NCBI GenBank assembly: GCA_950097015.1
Contig: CATNEN010000002.1
Location: 124,001-188,000, forward strand
Reading direction: 5' to 3'
DNA from: Macrostomum hystrix
Taxonomy: Eukaryota > Animalia > Platyhelminthes
DNA length: 64,000 nucleotides
A program made the position numbers and the translations under genes. Numbering within the stretch: the first letter of the stretch is position 1; each line of letters opens with the position of its first letter. The notes below the pieces were generated by a model. That model had not been told where the DNA came from. It worked only from the letters and a program-made list of their open reading frames with translations, and did no database searches. This document shows, in pieces, positions 12,030 to 24,300 of this stretch.

Positions 12030-14175
12030 TTATTCGAAGGAACTCACTCCTTTTGTCAACAGCCGCTGAAACAGTGGACTTGGAATCAGAAGAGCCACGA
12101 TGATGGCTGCAGTGTGAGGCCGGCAGACTTTGGGACAGCCACCTGCTCCTGTTTCTGAGCAGCAAAGCTGCAGCACCGATGGGAATCCGGCTAGCAAATC
12201 CTCCATCGGCGGAAAGCTGACGATACTTCTAGGAAATTGTGGCGTCAATTTGAAATCTAAAACGGCTGCCCGCTCAAGATAGTCCAGAGCCAGTGAGACC
12301 GTCTGTTCCACTGTCCAATCTGTGTCTTCCGACGGACAAGGAATACCGCAGATTACATCAGCTTCGTCAGGCGATTCGTGAAATTTTTTGTACGCCATCG
12401 CTCTCAATAGGCGCTTAAAATTTCTGGCGCAATCCGGAATTCTGTCGATGCTCTCCAGAAGCTTTTCAAGCGTCACTTGCGAATCGGAAAACAAGAGCCG
12501 GTTAACTACTTTGCTCTTTTCGTAGGCCTCGTTGTCCTGATCTTCGATTGAAGAGCTAAGAACTTCAAATTCTCTGATCACTGGAAGCAGCACAAAGAAC
12601 TCAATTGAGCGCACCTCTGTTTCTGGTAGGCTGCTCAAAAATTCACAGATGACTTCTGTTAGATGGTCAGCAACATTAGTTAAGACTACGATGATTTTCT
12701 CCTTTGTATCGTGGCTGGCCTTCAAGTACACATTGGCATCGCGCAGAAAAAAGTGCTTCATGCACACGTTCTCTGACTTCAAGCTCTTCATCATTGCAAT
12801 GAGCATCTGCAGCGACTGCCGCAAGAGTGCCACCAAGTTCTCCGGCTTCCAATCTCCGGCCGGCGTCTCGTCGAGCATGTAGAACAGCAGGTTCTTGGCG
12901 ATGTAGGTCTTGAGACCAGTCACTTGATTGCCGATCACCTTCTTAACGAGGAACTTGACGAGGATGAAGAACTGGCCCTGCACGGAGCTGAGATTGTGCA
13001 TGACGGCTCTCTCCAGGAGGGTTGTGCTCACCCGCATGCAGCTCTGTTGGTCTGGAGGCGAAGCAGCGACCGCGTGACACCTGGGCGAGTCGCCCAGAGC
13101 CTCCTCTCTGAGCAGCTGCATGATGCGCTGGGGCATGTGAGTGCCGTAGCCCGGCTGCAGCAGCTCAATGCGCGGGTAGCTGCAACACGGCAGAACTGTA
13201 ATCAGGTCGATCGCCACAGCGATTTCCGTCTTTGGGATGTTGATGTTTGGCGCTGAGACTGCAAAATGTTTTCATGGTTAAGATTCATGGAAAGGACTAT
13301 TTGAAATCAGTAGAGAGACAACAGGATTATTCAAATGCACACGTGTTTCTTTTTTTCTGTATCTCCTAAAATATTCAACCAATAGACGTGAAAATCCAGA
13401 ATACGGGCTAGAATTTTCTACTCTATCCGATGAGACCAGAGCTCTATCCTATCCAGAATCCCAAAACATCGCCATCGACGAAATATTCAACGGTTCTCGT
13501 CGGGTGTCTGGTGAAAAAACTACCAATAAAGTCAATTTGTTTCTGCTCATAAAATCTCATCATTTAACCATGTCGGATATCATTGTTAACAATTTTGGAT
13601 TGGTTAAATTTTTAATGTTTCATTTTGAACCATTTGAAATTTGAGGTATTTGGGGTATTTGAAATCCCCCTGTGGTATTTTTCCTGGGGGGATACTGCTG
13701 AGCACCTCCGTGACCAGTAGCCACGTGGCCATCAAAGTAGTCGAGTCTGCAGCAGTCTCTGCAGTCTCTGCAGCTCGATTCGCTTTTCACATGCAGCGCC
13801 GGCACAGGCAGGAAGATGCTGATGTCAATGTCGGATTCGTCGTCAATCCTGCCGTCGATTCTTGACAAGCTGCTTCCCCAGCCGTCGCTGAAGCTGCCGA
13901 AGATGAAGGCTTTGTCAGTGCGCAGTCCGATTCGCAGCATTGCTTCCATGGCCAGCGCCAGGCCGCTCTGCACCCGAGCGTTGCTCTGTCTGAACCCGGC
14001 CGTCTCCATGGCGGCAAACAGTTTCCGGCTGTGAGCAGCTTCATCTTCGGTGCCGCTCACCTGTGCGTTGAGTTTGCAAATCAAATGGCGATGACACGGT
14101 CAAAATCGTAAATTGATTTTCTTAGAATATTTAGAAAGTGCCTGAAAATCGAAGAACTACCTGGTTTGGTTCCAT
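12030..14175 (-). CDS. cGAS-like receptor (cGLR)/Mab-21-domain nucleotidyltransferase, ~532 aa
   Basis: Predicted exons 14175-14161, 14060-13706, 13258-12030 (1599 nt, phases consistent). NTase signature FGSFSDG...ESDIDI, third acidic residue in AIDLI, Mab-21 C-lobe motifs MRVSTTLLERAVM, LKTYIAKNLLFY, CMKHFF..ANVY. First mini-exon and exon-2 donor are less certain. Confidence 0.78.
13308..13700. mobile_element. Second degenerate copy of the 11055 TIR family, filling cGLR intron 2
   Basis: Shares TAAAATATTCAACCAAT.GAC.TGAAAATCC, TCGGG.TGTCTGGTGA and GCTCA.AAAAT.TCATC blocks with 11090-11330, and a right TIR GGTATTTGAAATCCCCCTGTGGT...TACTG. Confidence 0.5.
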
Positions 14176-14705
14176 GTTCGCAGATTGTGAATTTCTATAC
14201 AATAAACCAACGCCACTAACACTAAGCTTATAAATTCTGCACTTGGCTGTATAAATAGTTAGACTGACTGATGATAATTGCATGCCCTAGGACTAATATT
14301 TAGGGTGACTGTACATGAGCCCTGTACATTCAATCCAAAAGTGTACATTGTGAATGTCTACCCCAATTCCAAATGTTCAGTACGCTAGATCGTCTAAAAG
14401 TACACTTGTAATAAGATGAAGCTAGCGACTACTCACTATTCACCGGGGTCTGTGTCCTACCAATCGTTTCAATAGCAGCAGGGGAAATCTGAAAATAAAT
14501 AGCGTTAAGAGACTGGGGTAGCGAGCGATGCGGAATAGATAAGCGATGAGACCCGCGTGTCGTCCTCCGGCCCGGCGAAACTCCCAATGAAAAAAGAATA
14601 ACACGGTATGAACACGAAGACTCGAATAACTTGATTGGGAGTGATTTTATCAGTTTTTTGTGACTCGCCGACTCCAGATAAGAATAGGAATTGATTTGAC
14701 TCTAG

Positions 14706-15866
14706 TCTTCTTCTAATATACTAAAAATGAAAATCTTGCTTGTATGTTTGTTTGCAATCGACTAGCTCCCGAACGGCTCAACCGATTTTCAAAATTCCTT
14801 CGCCAAAAGATCACAAATGGGCCGGAATCGGTACACGTAATTTTATTAAGCTTAATTCCATTGGCAAGGGGATTAAATATTCGAAAAACAGTTTTAAATA
14901 GGCTTTTCTAATGCATTCTTGTTTTCAGCTTGTGCACAGTGAGGCCTCCAGTGCCAATTTTAATGATTGCATCAGAGCCAGTTTTGATAACGCACGCGCG
15001 TACTGATAAGAACTCACAGGGAGGCTACCCAGAGGGTAGCGAAGGCAGCTAGTCTAATATACTAAAAATGAAAATCTTGCTTGCTTGTCTTCTATCTAAT
15101 ATACTAAAAATGAAAATCTTGTTTGTATGTTCTAATATACTAAAAATGAAAATCTTGCTTGCTTGTCTTCTAATATACTAAAAATGAAAATCTTGTTTGT
15201 ATGTTTGTATGTTTGTATGTTTGTATGTTTGCAATCGACTAGCTCCCGAACGGCTCAACCGATTTTCGCAATTCCTTCGCCAAAAGATCACAAATGGGCC
15301 GGAATCGGTACACGTATTTTTATTAAGCTTAATTCCATTGCCAAGGGGATTAAATATTCGAAAAACTGTTTTAAATAGGCTTTTCTAATGCATTCTTGTT
15401 TTCAGCTTGTGCACAGTGAGGCCTCCAGTGCCAATTTTAATGATTGCATCAGAGCCAGTTTTGATAACGCACGCGCGTACTGATAAGAACTCACAGGGAG
15501 GCTACCCAGAGGGTAGCGAAGGCAGCTAGTCTAATATACTAAAAATGAAAATCTTGTATGTTTGTTTGCAATCGACTAGCTCCCGAACGGCTCAACCGAT
15601 TTTCAAAATTCCTTCGCCAAAAGATCACAAATGGGCCGGAATCGGTACACGTAATTTTATTAAGCTTAATTCCATTGGCAAAGGGATTAAATATTCGAAA
15701 AACAGTTTTAAATAGGCTTTTCTAATGCATTCTTGTTTTCAGCTTGTGCACAGTGAGGCCTCCAGTGCCAATTTTAATGATTGCATCAGAGCCAGTTTTG
15801 ATAACGCACGCGCGTACTGATAAGAACTCACAGGGAGGCTACCCGGAGGGTAGCGAAGGCAGCTAG
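14706..15866 (+). mobile_element. Tandem array of 3 non-autonomous mini-Helitrons (~340-480 bp)
   Basis: Units 14706-15052, 15053-15529, 15530-15866. Each begins TC(T)AATATACTAAAAATG and ends with hairpin GCTACCC-RGA-GGGTAGC plus GAAGGCAG-CTAG; junctions CTAG|TC. Confidence 0.9.
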
Positions 15867-16469
15867 TCTATCTAATATACTAAAAATGAAAATCTTGCTT
15901 GCTTGTTTGCAATCGACTAGCTCCCGAACGGCTCAACCGATTTTCACAATTCCTTCACCAAAAGATCACAAATGGGCCGGAATCGGTACACGTATTTTTA
16001 TTAAGCTTAATTCCATTGCCAAGGGGATTAAATATTCGAAAAACTGTTTTAAATAGGCTTTTCTAATGCATTCTTGTTTTCAGCTTGTGCACAGTGAGGC
16101 TCCAGTGCCAATTTTAATGATTGCATCAGGGCCAGTTTTGTTAGGCGAGCGTACTGATAAGGAATTTCTCACCCAAATGTGCATAGCTGTGTCAACCCCA
16201 CTGGCGAGATAATTATGCCCAATGTGCACAGGCTGAGCTGGCTTCTGTTAACTGCTGGCAGTGTGATATTTTATTATTTTATTTATTTATTTATTGAGTT
16301 TTTGCAATCAAATAGCATATTCACATCATACACCAAAAGGCTACAGCTGAGAACTGAATTGATCCAAGTGATCGGCCTTTTTCTAGCAGAGCGAAGCGAA
16401 GCGAACCGAATCCCAGGCACAACAATGACACAGCCAAATAGCATAAATACAAATCCAGGCTCAGAATCG

Positions 16470-17760
16470 ATAGATATCTAGGCTGAGCATTGATAGATAT
16501 CTAGGCTGAGCATTGATAGATATCTAGGCTGAGCATTGATAGATATCTAGGCTGAGCATTGATAGATATCTAGGCTGAGCATTGATAGATATCTAGGCTG
16601 AGCATTGATAGATATCTAGGCTCAGCATTGATAGACATCTAGGCTCAACATTTTTATAAATATCTAGGCTCAACATTTTTATAGTTATCTAGGCTCAGCA
16701 TTGACAGATATCTAGGCTCAGCATTGATAGATATCTAAGCTCAAAATTGATAGATATCTAGGCTCAGCATTGATAGATATCTAGGCTCAGCATTGATAGT
16801 TATCTAGGCTCAGCATAGATAGATATCTAGGCTCAACATTTTTATGGATATCTAGGCTCAGCATAGATAGAAGATAGATATCTAGGCTCAACATTTTTAT
16901 GGATATCTAGGCTCAGCATTGAAAGATATCTAGGCTCAGCATTGATAGATATCTAGGCTCAAAATTGATAGATATCTAGGCTCAGCATTGATAGTTATCT
17001 AGGCTCAACATTTTTTATGGATATCTAGGCTCAGCATTGATAGATATCTAGGCTCAGCATAGATAGAAGATAGATATCTAGGCCCAACATTTTTATGGAT
17101 ATCTAGGCTCAGCATTGAAAGATATCTAGGCTCAGCATTGATAGATATCTAGGCTCAGCATTGATAGATATCTAGGCTCAGCATTGATAGATATCTAGGC
17201 TCAGCATTGATAGATATCTAGGCTCAGCATTGATAGATATCTAGGCTCAGCATTGATAGTTATCTAGGCTCAGCATAGATAGAAGATAGATAGATATCTA
17301 GGCTCAGTATTGAAAGATATCTAGGCTCAACATTTTTATAAATATCTAGGCTCAACATTTTTATAGTTATCTAGGCTCGGCATTGATAGTTATCGAGGCT
17401 CAGAATCGATAGAAATCTAGGCTTAGCATTGATAGTTATCGAGGCTCAGAATCGATAGAAATCTAGGCTTAGCATTGATAGTTATCGAGGCTCAGAATCG
17501 ATAGAAATCTAGGCTTAGCATTGATAGTTATCGAGGCTCAGAATCGATAGAAATCTAGGCTTAGCATTGATAGTTATCGAGGCTCAGAATCGATAGAAAT
17601 CTAGGCTCAGAATCGATACATATCTAAGCTCAGAATCAATTGAAATCAAGGCTCAGAATACACGTATAGATGTCTAAGCTCAGAATTGAAAGATATCTAA
17701 GCCCAGAAGCGATTGAAATCTAGGCTCAGAAATTAGAATTGATAGATACATAGGCTCCGA
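16470..17760. repeat. 23-bp minisatellite (TAGATATCTAGGCTCAGCATTGA), ~55 copies, inside the Helitron
   Basis: Direct tandem periodicity, with variant blocks (GAATCGATAGAAATCTAGG) toward the 3' end. Confidence 0.93.
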
Positions 17761-18357
17761 ATTTGTAAATATACAATGATATTTATTTAAGACAATAATG
17801 ACTGATTCGAAAGCACAGCACTGTCAGATTTCAAGGCACAACAGTGACATACAAGTTTCATCAAGACTCAAGACTATCATCGTGTGGTAATCGGTCAGTG
17901 GACGCATTTTTTCACATCAATTTAGAGTTGAGAGTTTAGAGACGTGAAAGGCCTTTGAGATAACTTAGACGCTATCATATTGAAATTTGGGCGCACTGGC
18001 CTACCCAAGCCAAGTCCTTACCGGCTATTCTAGGCTGGCGCAGGCAATGTACATTATTCCCCCTCTTGCCCCCAAATGTGCACGCACGGGCTGGAGAGCC
18101 CTCACCCCATTCCATCGGTTTTTAAGATTTCAAGCGGTCAGAGGTCCGTTTTATCGATTTTTACCCTAGGTCTTAAGATAATATCCGATTCAGCCCACTG
18201 TGATGATATATAGCTTGCAAATTAGTGTGGTTTATAAAGGCTCCTTATCTGATTCTTCAGACATCGAAATTCAAATCCAAATTCACAACCTATCTCTCTT
18301 TCAAGCCTTTCATTATCTCTCAACTTATCATTTCATTTCACTTTTCAGTTCTCAATC

Positions 18358-21300
18358 ATGGTTCGACGCGGCGCAAGCAGTTTGAAGAAAAGTCGCGATG
18401 CCAAGCGACGGCGACAAGCTGAATCCGAGGCCGATCGCGAGGTCCGTTTGGAAGAACGACGTCAGCGAATGGCTGAGAAGCGAGCCTCTCAAACTGAGGC
18501 AGAGCGAGCTGCCCGACTGGAGGAACAGCGGCAGCGGATCGCTGAGCGCAGAGATGTCGAGACTGAGGCAGAGCGAGCTGCCCGACTGGAGGAACAGCGG
18601 CAGCGGATCGCTGAGCGCAGAGATGTCGAGACTGAGGCAGAGCGAGCTGCCCGACTGGAGGAACAGCGGCAGCGGATCGCTGAGCGCAGAGATGTCGAGA
18701 CTGAGGCAGAGCGAGCTGCCCGACTGGAGGAACAGCGGCAGCGGATCGCTGAGCGCAGAGATGTCGAGACTGAGGCAGAGCGAGCTGCCCGACTGGAGGA
18801 ACAGCGGCAGCGGATCGCTGAGCGCAGAGATGTCGAGACTGAGGCAGAGCGAGCTGCCCGACTGGAGGAACAGCGGCAGCGGATCGCTGAGCGCAGAGAT
18901 GTCGAGACTGAGGCAGAGCGAGCTGCCCGACTGGAGGAACAGCGGCAGCGGGATGCTCAGCGCAGAGATGCTGAGACTGAGGCAGAGCGGGCTGCCCGAC
19001 TGGAAGCCGAGCAGATTCGTCGCCGTGGAGCTTTGGTTTCCAAGTGAGTTTTATGAGGCTCTATAAAATAACGTTACATAACATAATTATGGTTTTATTT
19101 AGTTTTTTTCTAAATCGCCTCAGAAGTGTTGATTTTTTTGCTGTAGATTTGAGTAACTTAACCTGCAGTCCAACAATTGGTTTAAAAATTCTGTAAATGC
19201 AGCTGTGCTTTATTTTCACTGCATTGCCAACTTAGGTCGGACACCCAGCAGCAAGGTATGGAAGCTATTGTACCATTTGAGCAGTTGCAGGTAATCCCTA
19301 TTATTGGTGATGGCAATTGCTTCTTTTATGCTGTGTGTGATCAGCTGCGTGGAACCCCGCTAGAAACTGACGCAGCCTCCTTGCGGCAGGATTTGTCTTG
19401 CCGTGTTGCAGAACTCATGCCACAGTTGGTTGCAGATGGCCTCATCGCACCTGAGAGTGCTGATGACATTGTGAGTTCCTCTTTTCAAACAGGCACTTAT
19501 GTTTCAGACGAAGTTGCCTCTTTGTTGAGCCGCTGCTTTAATGTGGACCTGGTCATTTACCAGGCCAATGGTAATGTGATGCAGTATTTCAGGGCTAATC
19601 TCTATCCTCCTAATGCGATTGTGCGCGTGCTCTTGCGCCATGAGCATTACGAGTCACTGAGACTTCGAGAGCCTTTGCAAGCCCTTTCAGATGCAGAGTT
19701 TCCAAGCTTGGCAGCAAGCAAAACTCCTGCCAAGAGGGCCAAGAAAGCCAAGGGCCCGAGAGCGATGCCAGCTGACAGCCCCAGCTCATGTGCTGACACT
19801 GGAGCACAGGCTGAGCAGATGTGAGTAACTTGCTTTTGTTATTTTGCATTTATTCGTTTAAATCAGTTTAATCTGCTGACACAAATAAATCACTAGCATG
19901 GAAAGCAATGTCAATCAAATCAATGTACCCTCTTAATAAACTCTGCTCAACCCCTACTCAAACCCTGCTCACAGGCATGCCGAGCCGGTGATGCCAGAAG
20001 CCCCGGCTCACCAATGCGGCCCAATGAACCGCGCCTGCAATGACTGCGGCGCCCTGCTGTGGGCCAAGGAGACGAGCAATTTCTGCTGCGCCAAGGGCAA
20101 GGTGAAGCTGCCCACCCGTTCCATGCCGCAGGTCCTGGCAGATCTGTACACGGGGCAGCACCGCCTCAGTGCAGAGTTCCTGGCTAACATCAGGAGCTAC
20201 AACTCTGTGCTGCACCTGACATCTCTGGGTGCGAGGCTCAGACTGGTGCCTGGCTGGAGTCCCAGCTTCATCATCAGCGGCCAGCTGCATCACAACATGG
20301 GGCCGCTGCTTGCCGACACCTCAGCCGTGCCGCATGGCTGGCAGGTGTACTTCACGGACCGCGAGCTGGAGAGCCGCCTGAGCCTCAGCCAGAAGGTGAA
20401 GCCGGAGCTGCTGGAGCTGCTGCAAACTGTGCTGCACGAGTGCAACGGCTATGTGCAGAGCCTGCGAGCTGCTGCTCAGCGGATCAGTGGCGACCCTGAG
20501 CTGGGAGATGCGCGAATTGTGATTCACCCGGACCGACGACCAGCTGGGGAGCACATTCGGTGAGTGAGCTGTGTTATGGAGCTGCTGGTTGGGATCCTAT
20601 TTCGCCTGCACTTATACTGTTCAGTCTGTGCAGTTGATTCTGTGAAGTACCTGCTGTACCAATTCCATTCCTGTTCATTCCCAGGCGTTACAATCTCCCT
20701 ACTGCCAATGAGGTTGGCATCCTGGTTGTCGGTGGTTCCGAGGACGCACCGACAAGCCGTGACGTTGTGATTCGACTGCGCGGAGGCGAAGTCCAGCGCA
20801 TATCCGAGACCCACCGGTCCTACGACCCTCTGGAGTACGTGCTGCTGTTCCCGAATGGCGAGGACGGCTGGCACCCAGAGCTGCAGATGGCGAATGGGCG
20901 GAAGCTGACGCCCATGAAGTACTACGCCAGCGAAATCATGGTGCGAGCTGGCCAGTTCAACGTGCTGCACCACGGCAGGCGCCTCTTCCAGCAGTACCTG
21001 GTTGACATGGCTGCCAAGATCGAGTCCGAGAGGCTGCTGTACCTGCGCACTCATCAGAACGACCTGCGCAGCGAGACCTACAGCGGCCTGCGAGACGCTC
21101 TGTTCGCTGCTGATGGCAGGAGCACCGAGAGAGACCCCAATGAGATTGGTAAGCCTGCCCATGTGTACCTGTCTTCCAGCTTTGTAGGTGGACCCAGGTA
21201 CCTGATGGAGCGGCTGCAAGATGCAATGGCCTACGTGCACAAGTTCGGCAAGCCGGACCTGTTTGTCACAGCCACGTGCAACCCGAAGTGGCCGGAAATC

Positions 21301-24300
21301 AGCGTGCAGCTGCTGCCCGGTCAGCGGGCAGAGGACCGCCCGGACATTGTGACTCGAGTCTTTGAACTGAAGAAAAAGGCTCTGCTTGAAGTGCTCAGGA
21401 AGCGTTTTGGCAAGGAGGCTGCGCATGTGTGCTCCTTGGAGTACCAGAAGCGCGGTGAGTAAAATCAGATTTTCATGCAGACATTGGCAATATTAACAGC
21501 CTGGAATAACGAGTCCGCATGCTTTTATCAACTCGCCTCAGGCCTTCCCCATGTGCACTTCCTGCTCTGGCTGGCGAACGGGAGTCGAGTCACCCCGGAT
21601 CGCTACGATGCCATCGTGTCTGCGGAGATCCCAGACCCACAGCGGCAGCCAGTGCTGCACGAGCTGGTCAAGACCCACATGATCCACGGGCCGTGTGGCG
21701 AGCTGAACCCGGCCTGCCCTTGCATGGAGAACGGCAAGTGCAGCAAGAGCTTCCCGAAGGACTTCCAGCCGGTGACGCTGACGAGCGACAGCGGCTATCC
21801 GTTCTACAGGAGGCGCTCCCCTGAGATGGGAGGCTTCACGGTGGACAAACTGTTCAAGGGTCGCAGCATCCAAATGGACAACAGGTGAGTCAGTAGCTGC
21901 GTGGCCATAGCATTTCTGTGCTCTGCAAGCCGCTGCTTCCCTCCAATCACCAGGTGGGTGGTGCCATACAACCCTGACCTGCTGCTACAGTTCGCGTGCC
22001 ATTTGAACGTAGAGGTTTGTGCCACTGTCAAGTCTGTCAAGTACGTGATCAAGTACTTGATGAAGAATGGCGACATGGCGGTTTTCAAAGTCGCCGCCGC
22101 CGCAGGAGCTGCTGAAGCTCAGCCGAGTGCTCAATCTGAGCAGCCGGAGAAGCCCCGTGATGAAATCTCCGAGTACCTGTCTGCACGCTACATTGGTCCG
22201 ATGGAAGCTGTTAACACCATCTTGGCCTTTGAGGTAATTGCTCTGCTCTGCTTTCATTGCCTGTGCTTTTAGTACTGCATTACGTTTTTTTCAGCAGCTC
22301 TGATGCTCAAAAAATATCCTCACCTTTGCCCAGGTGCACAACAGGTTCCCAGCGGTCATCCGACTCTGTGTGCACAAGTCGGAAGAGCAGCTCGTGTACT
22401 TCAACGAGCAGACCGCGGGCGCCAGAGCAAAGGCGCCACGAGACTCGACACTGACGGCCTTCTTCAAGCTGTGCCGCACTGACGAGTTCGCCCGCCTGCT
22501 ACTCTACACAGAGGTGCCCACCTTCTTCGTGTGGCACCCGAGTGCGAGAGAGTGGCGTCGAGCCAAGCAGGGCGTCGATGTCGAAGGACATCCCGGCGTG
22601 AAGCGCAACACCAACATTGCGCGGATGTACACGGTCAGTCCTAGAGCTGGTGACCTGTTCTACCTGCGGCTGTTGCTGCTGCACGTGCGAGGACCGACCA
22701 GCTTCGAGTCGCTGCAGACCGTGGCCGGCGTGCATTGTGCCAGCGCCAAGGCCGCCTGCATGGCTCTCGGCCTGCTGCAGCGTGATGATCACTGGCATCG
22801 CTGCATGACTGAGGCTGTCCAGAGCCGAATGCCGCGAGCTCTGAGGCACCTGCTGGCTGTCGTTCTCATCTGGGGCGAGCCAGACGACGGCGCTGATCTG
22901 TGGAGCAGGTTTGCAGAGGATCTCTGCGAAGACCTGCGCTTCCACCAACCGGACTTAAGCGCCGAGGAAGTCAGCGACCTGGCTCTGCGGGAGCTGCAGA
23001 GCATGCTGACGTCAATGGGCGGCCGCAGTCTGCAAGAGTACGGACTGCCTGCTGCCTCTGCAATGCCGCAAGTCGGGCCGCTGCAGTTTGACACGGTCGA
23101 ACAGGCGGAGATCACCGAGATGCGGCTGCCAATGCTCACGGCCGAGCAGATGGCCATCTACGAGGCTGTGACTGTGGATCTTGTCGCTGGCTCGGGCGGC
23201 CTGCATTTCATTGACGCTCCGGCAGGCACTGGCAAGACCTTCCTGCTGGAGGTTTTGCTGGCGTTTGTGCGGAGTCGAGGGGAAGTCGCCCTGGCTGTTG
23301 CGTCGTCGGGAATCGCAGCCACCCTGCTGCCAGGCGGGCAGACGGCGCATTCAACGTGCGTTTTTTAATGGAAATCAAATTCACACTTAATGTTCTCCTG
23401 CTCATTCAGTCTCAATCTACATTTTTCGCCAGATTCAAGATCCCAGTGCGGCTGGTTCGCTCTGACAAGGACGTGTGTTCTGTCCGAGCGCAGTCTAAGC
23501 TGGCCGCAGTCTTTCGCACTGTACGGCTGATCGTCTGGGACGAGATCTCCATGACAAACCGGAAGGACCTGGAGGCTGTCGACCGCAGTCTGCGAGACCT
23601 GCGGAAGCAGGACTGCCCGTTCGGCGGAATCGTCGTGGTCTGCGCTGGAGACTTTCGCCAGCTGCTGCCGGTGGTGAAAAATGGCACGCGCGCTAACAAC
23701 ATCCTGGCGTGTGTTAGCAAGTCCCCGCTGTGGTCTTTGTTCCGGAGGCACCGCCTATCCAAGAACATCCGGCTGCAGAGCTGTGCTGATGCTGAGCTGT
23801 ACCATCGCTATATGCAGCTGCTTATGCAGGTAAGCTTTGTTCTTGCTGTTTTTAGATAACCTCACAGGCTGCAGTTCTCGTGCATTTACCTGCCAACCCC
23901 ACACAGATCGGCTCTGGGGTAGCCGATCAGTCAGACGACACGGTCTGCCTTCCTGCCAAGATCATCATTCCGACGGAGGCACCGCTGTCCGAGCTGATCC
24001 AGTTCGTGTACCCTTCGTTCGAGGCGTCAGCGGAGCGCGACGGCTACTTTGCCAGCCGAGCCATTCTGGCGCCCTACAACGATGCGGTTGACGCGATCAA
24101 CAACGAGTGCCTGGCGATGTTCCCAGGCCAACTGCGCGAGTATCGCTCAGTGGACAGCGTGGCTGACGAGGAAGCGGCCACGCACTTTCCTCCGGAGCTG
24201 CTGAATCAGCTGGATGCTCCGAACTTCCCTGCTCACCTGCTGAAGCTCAAGGTGGGCATGCCGCTGGTTCTGCTGCGGAATCTGAATCCGCCACGGCTGT

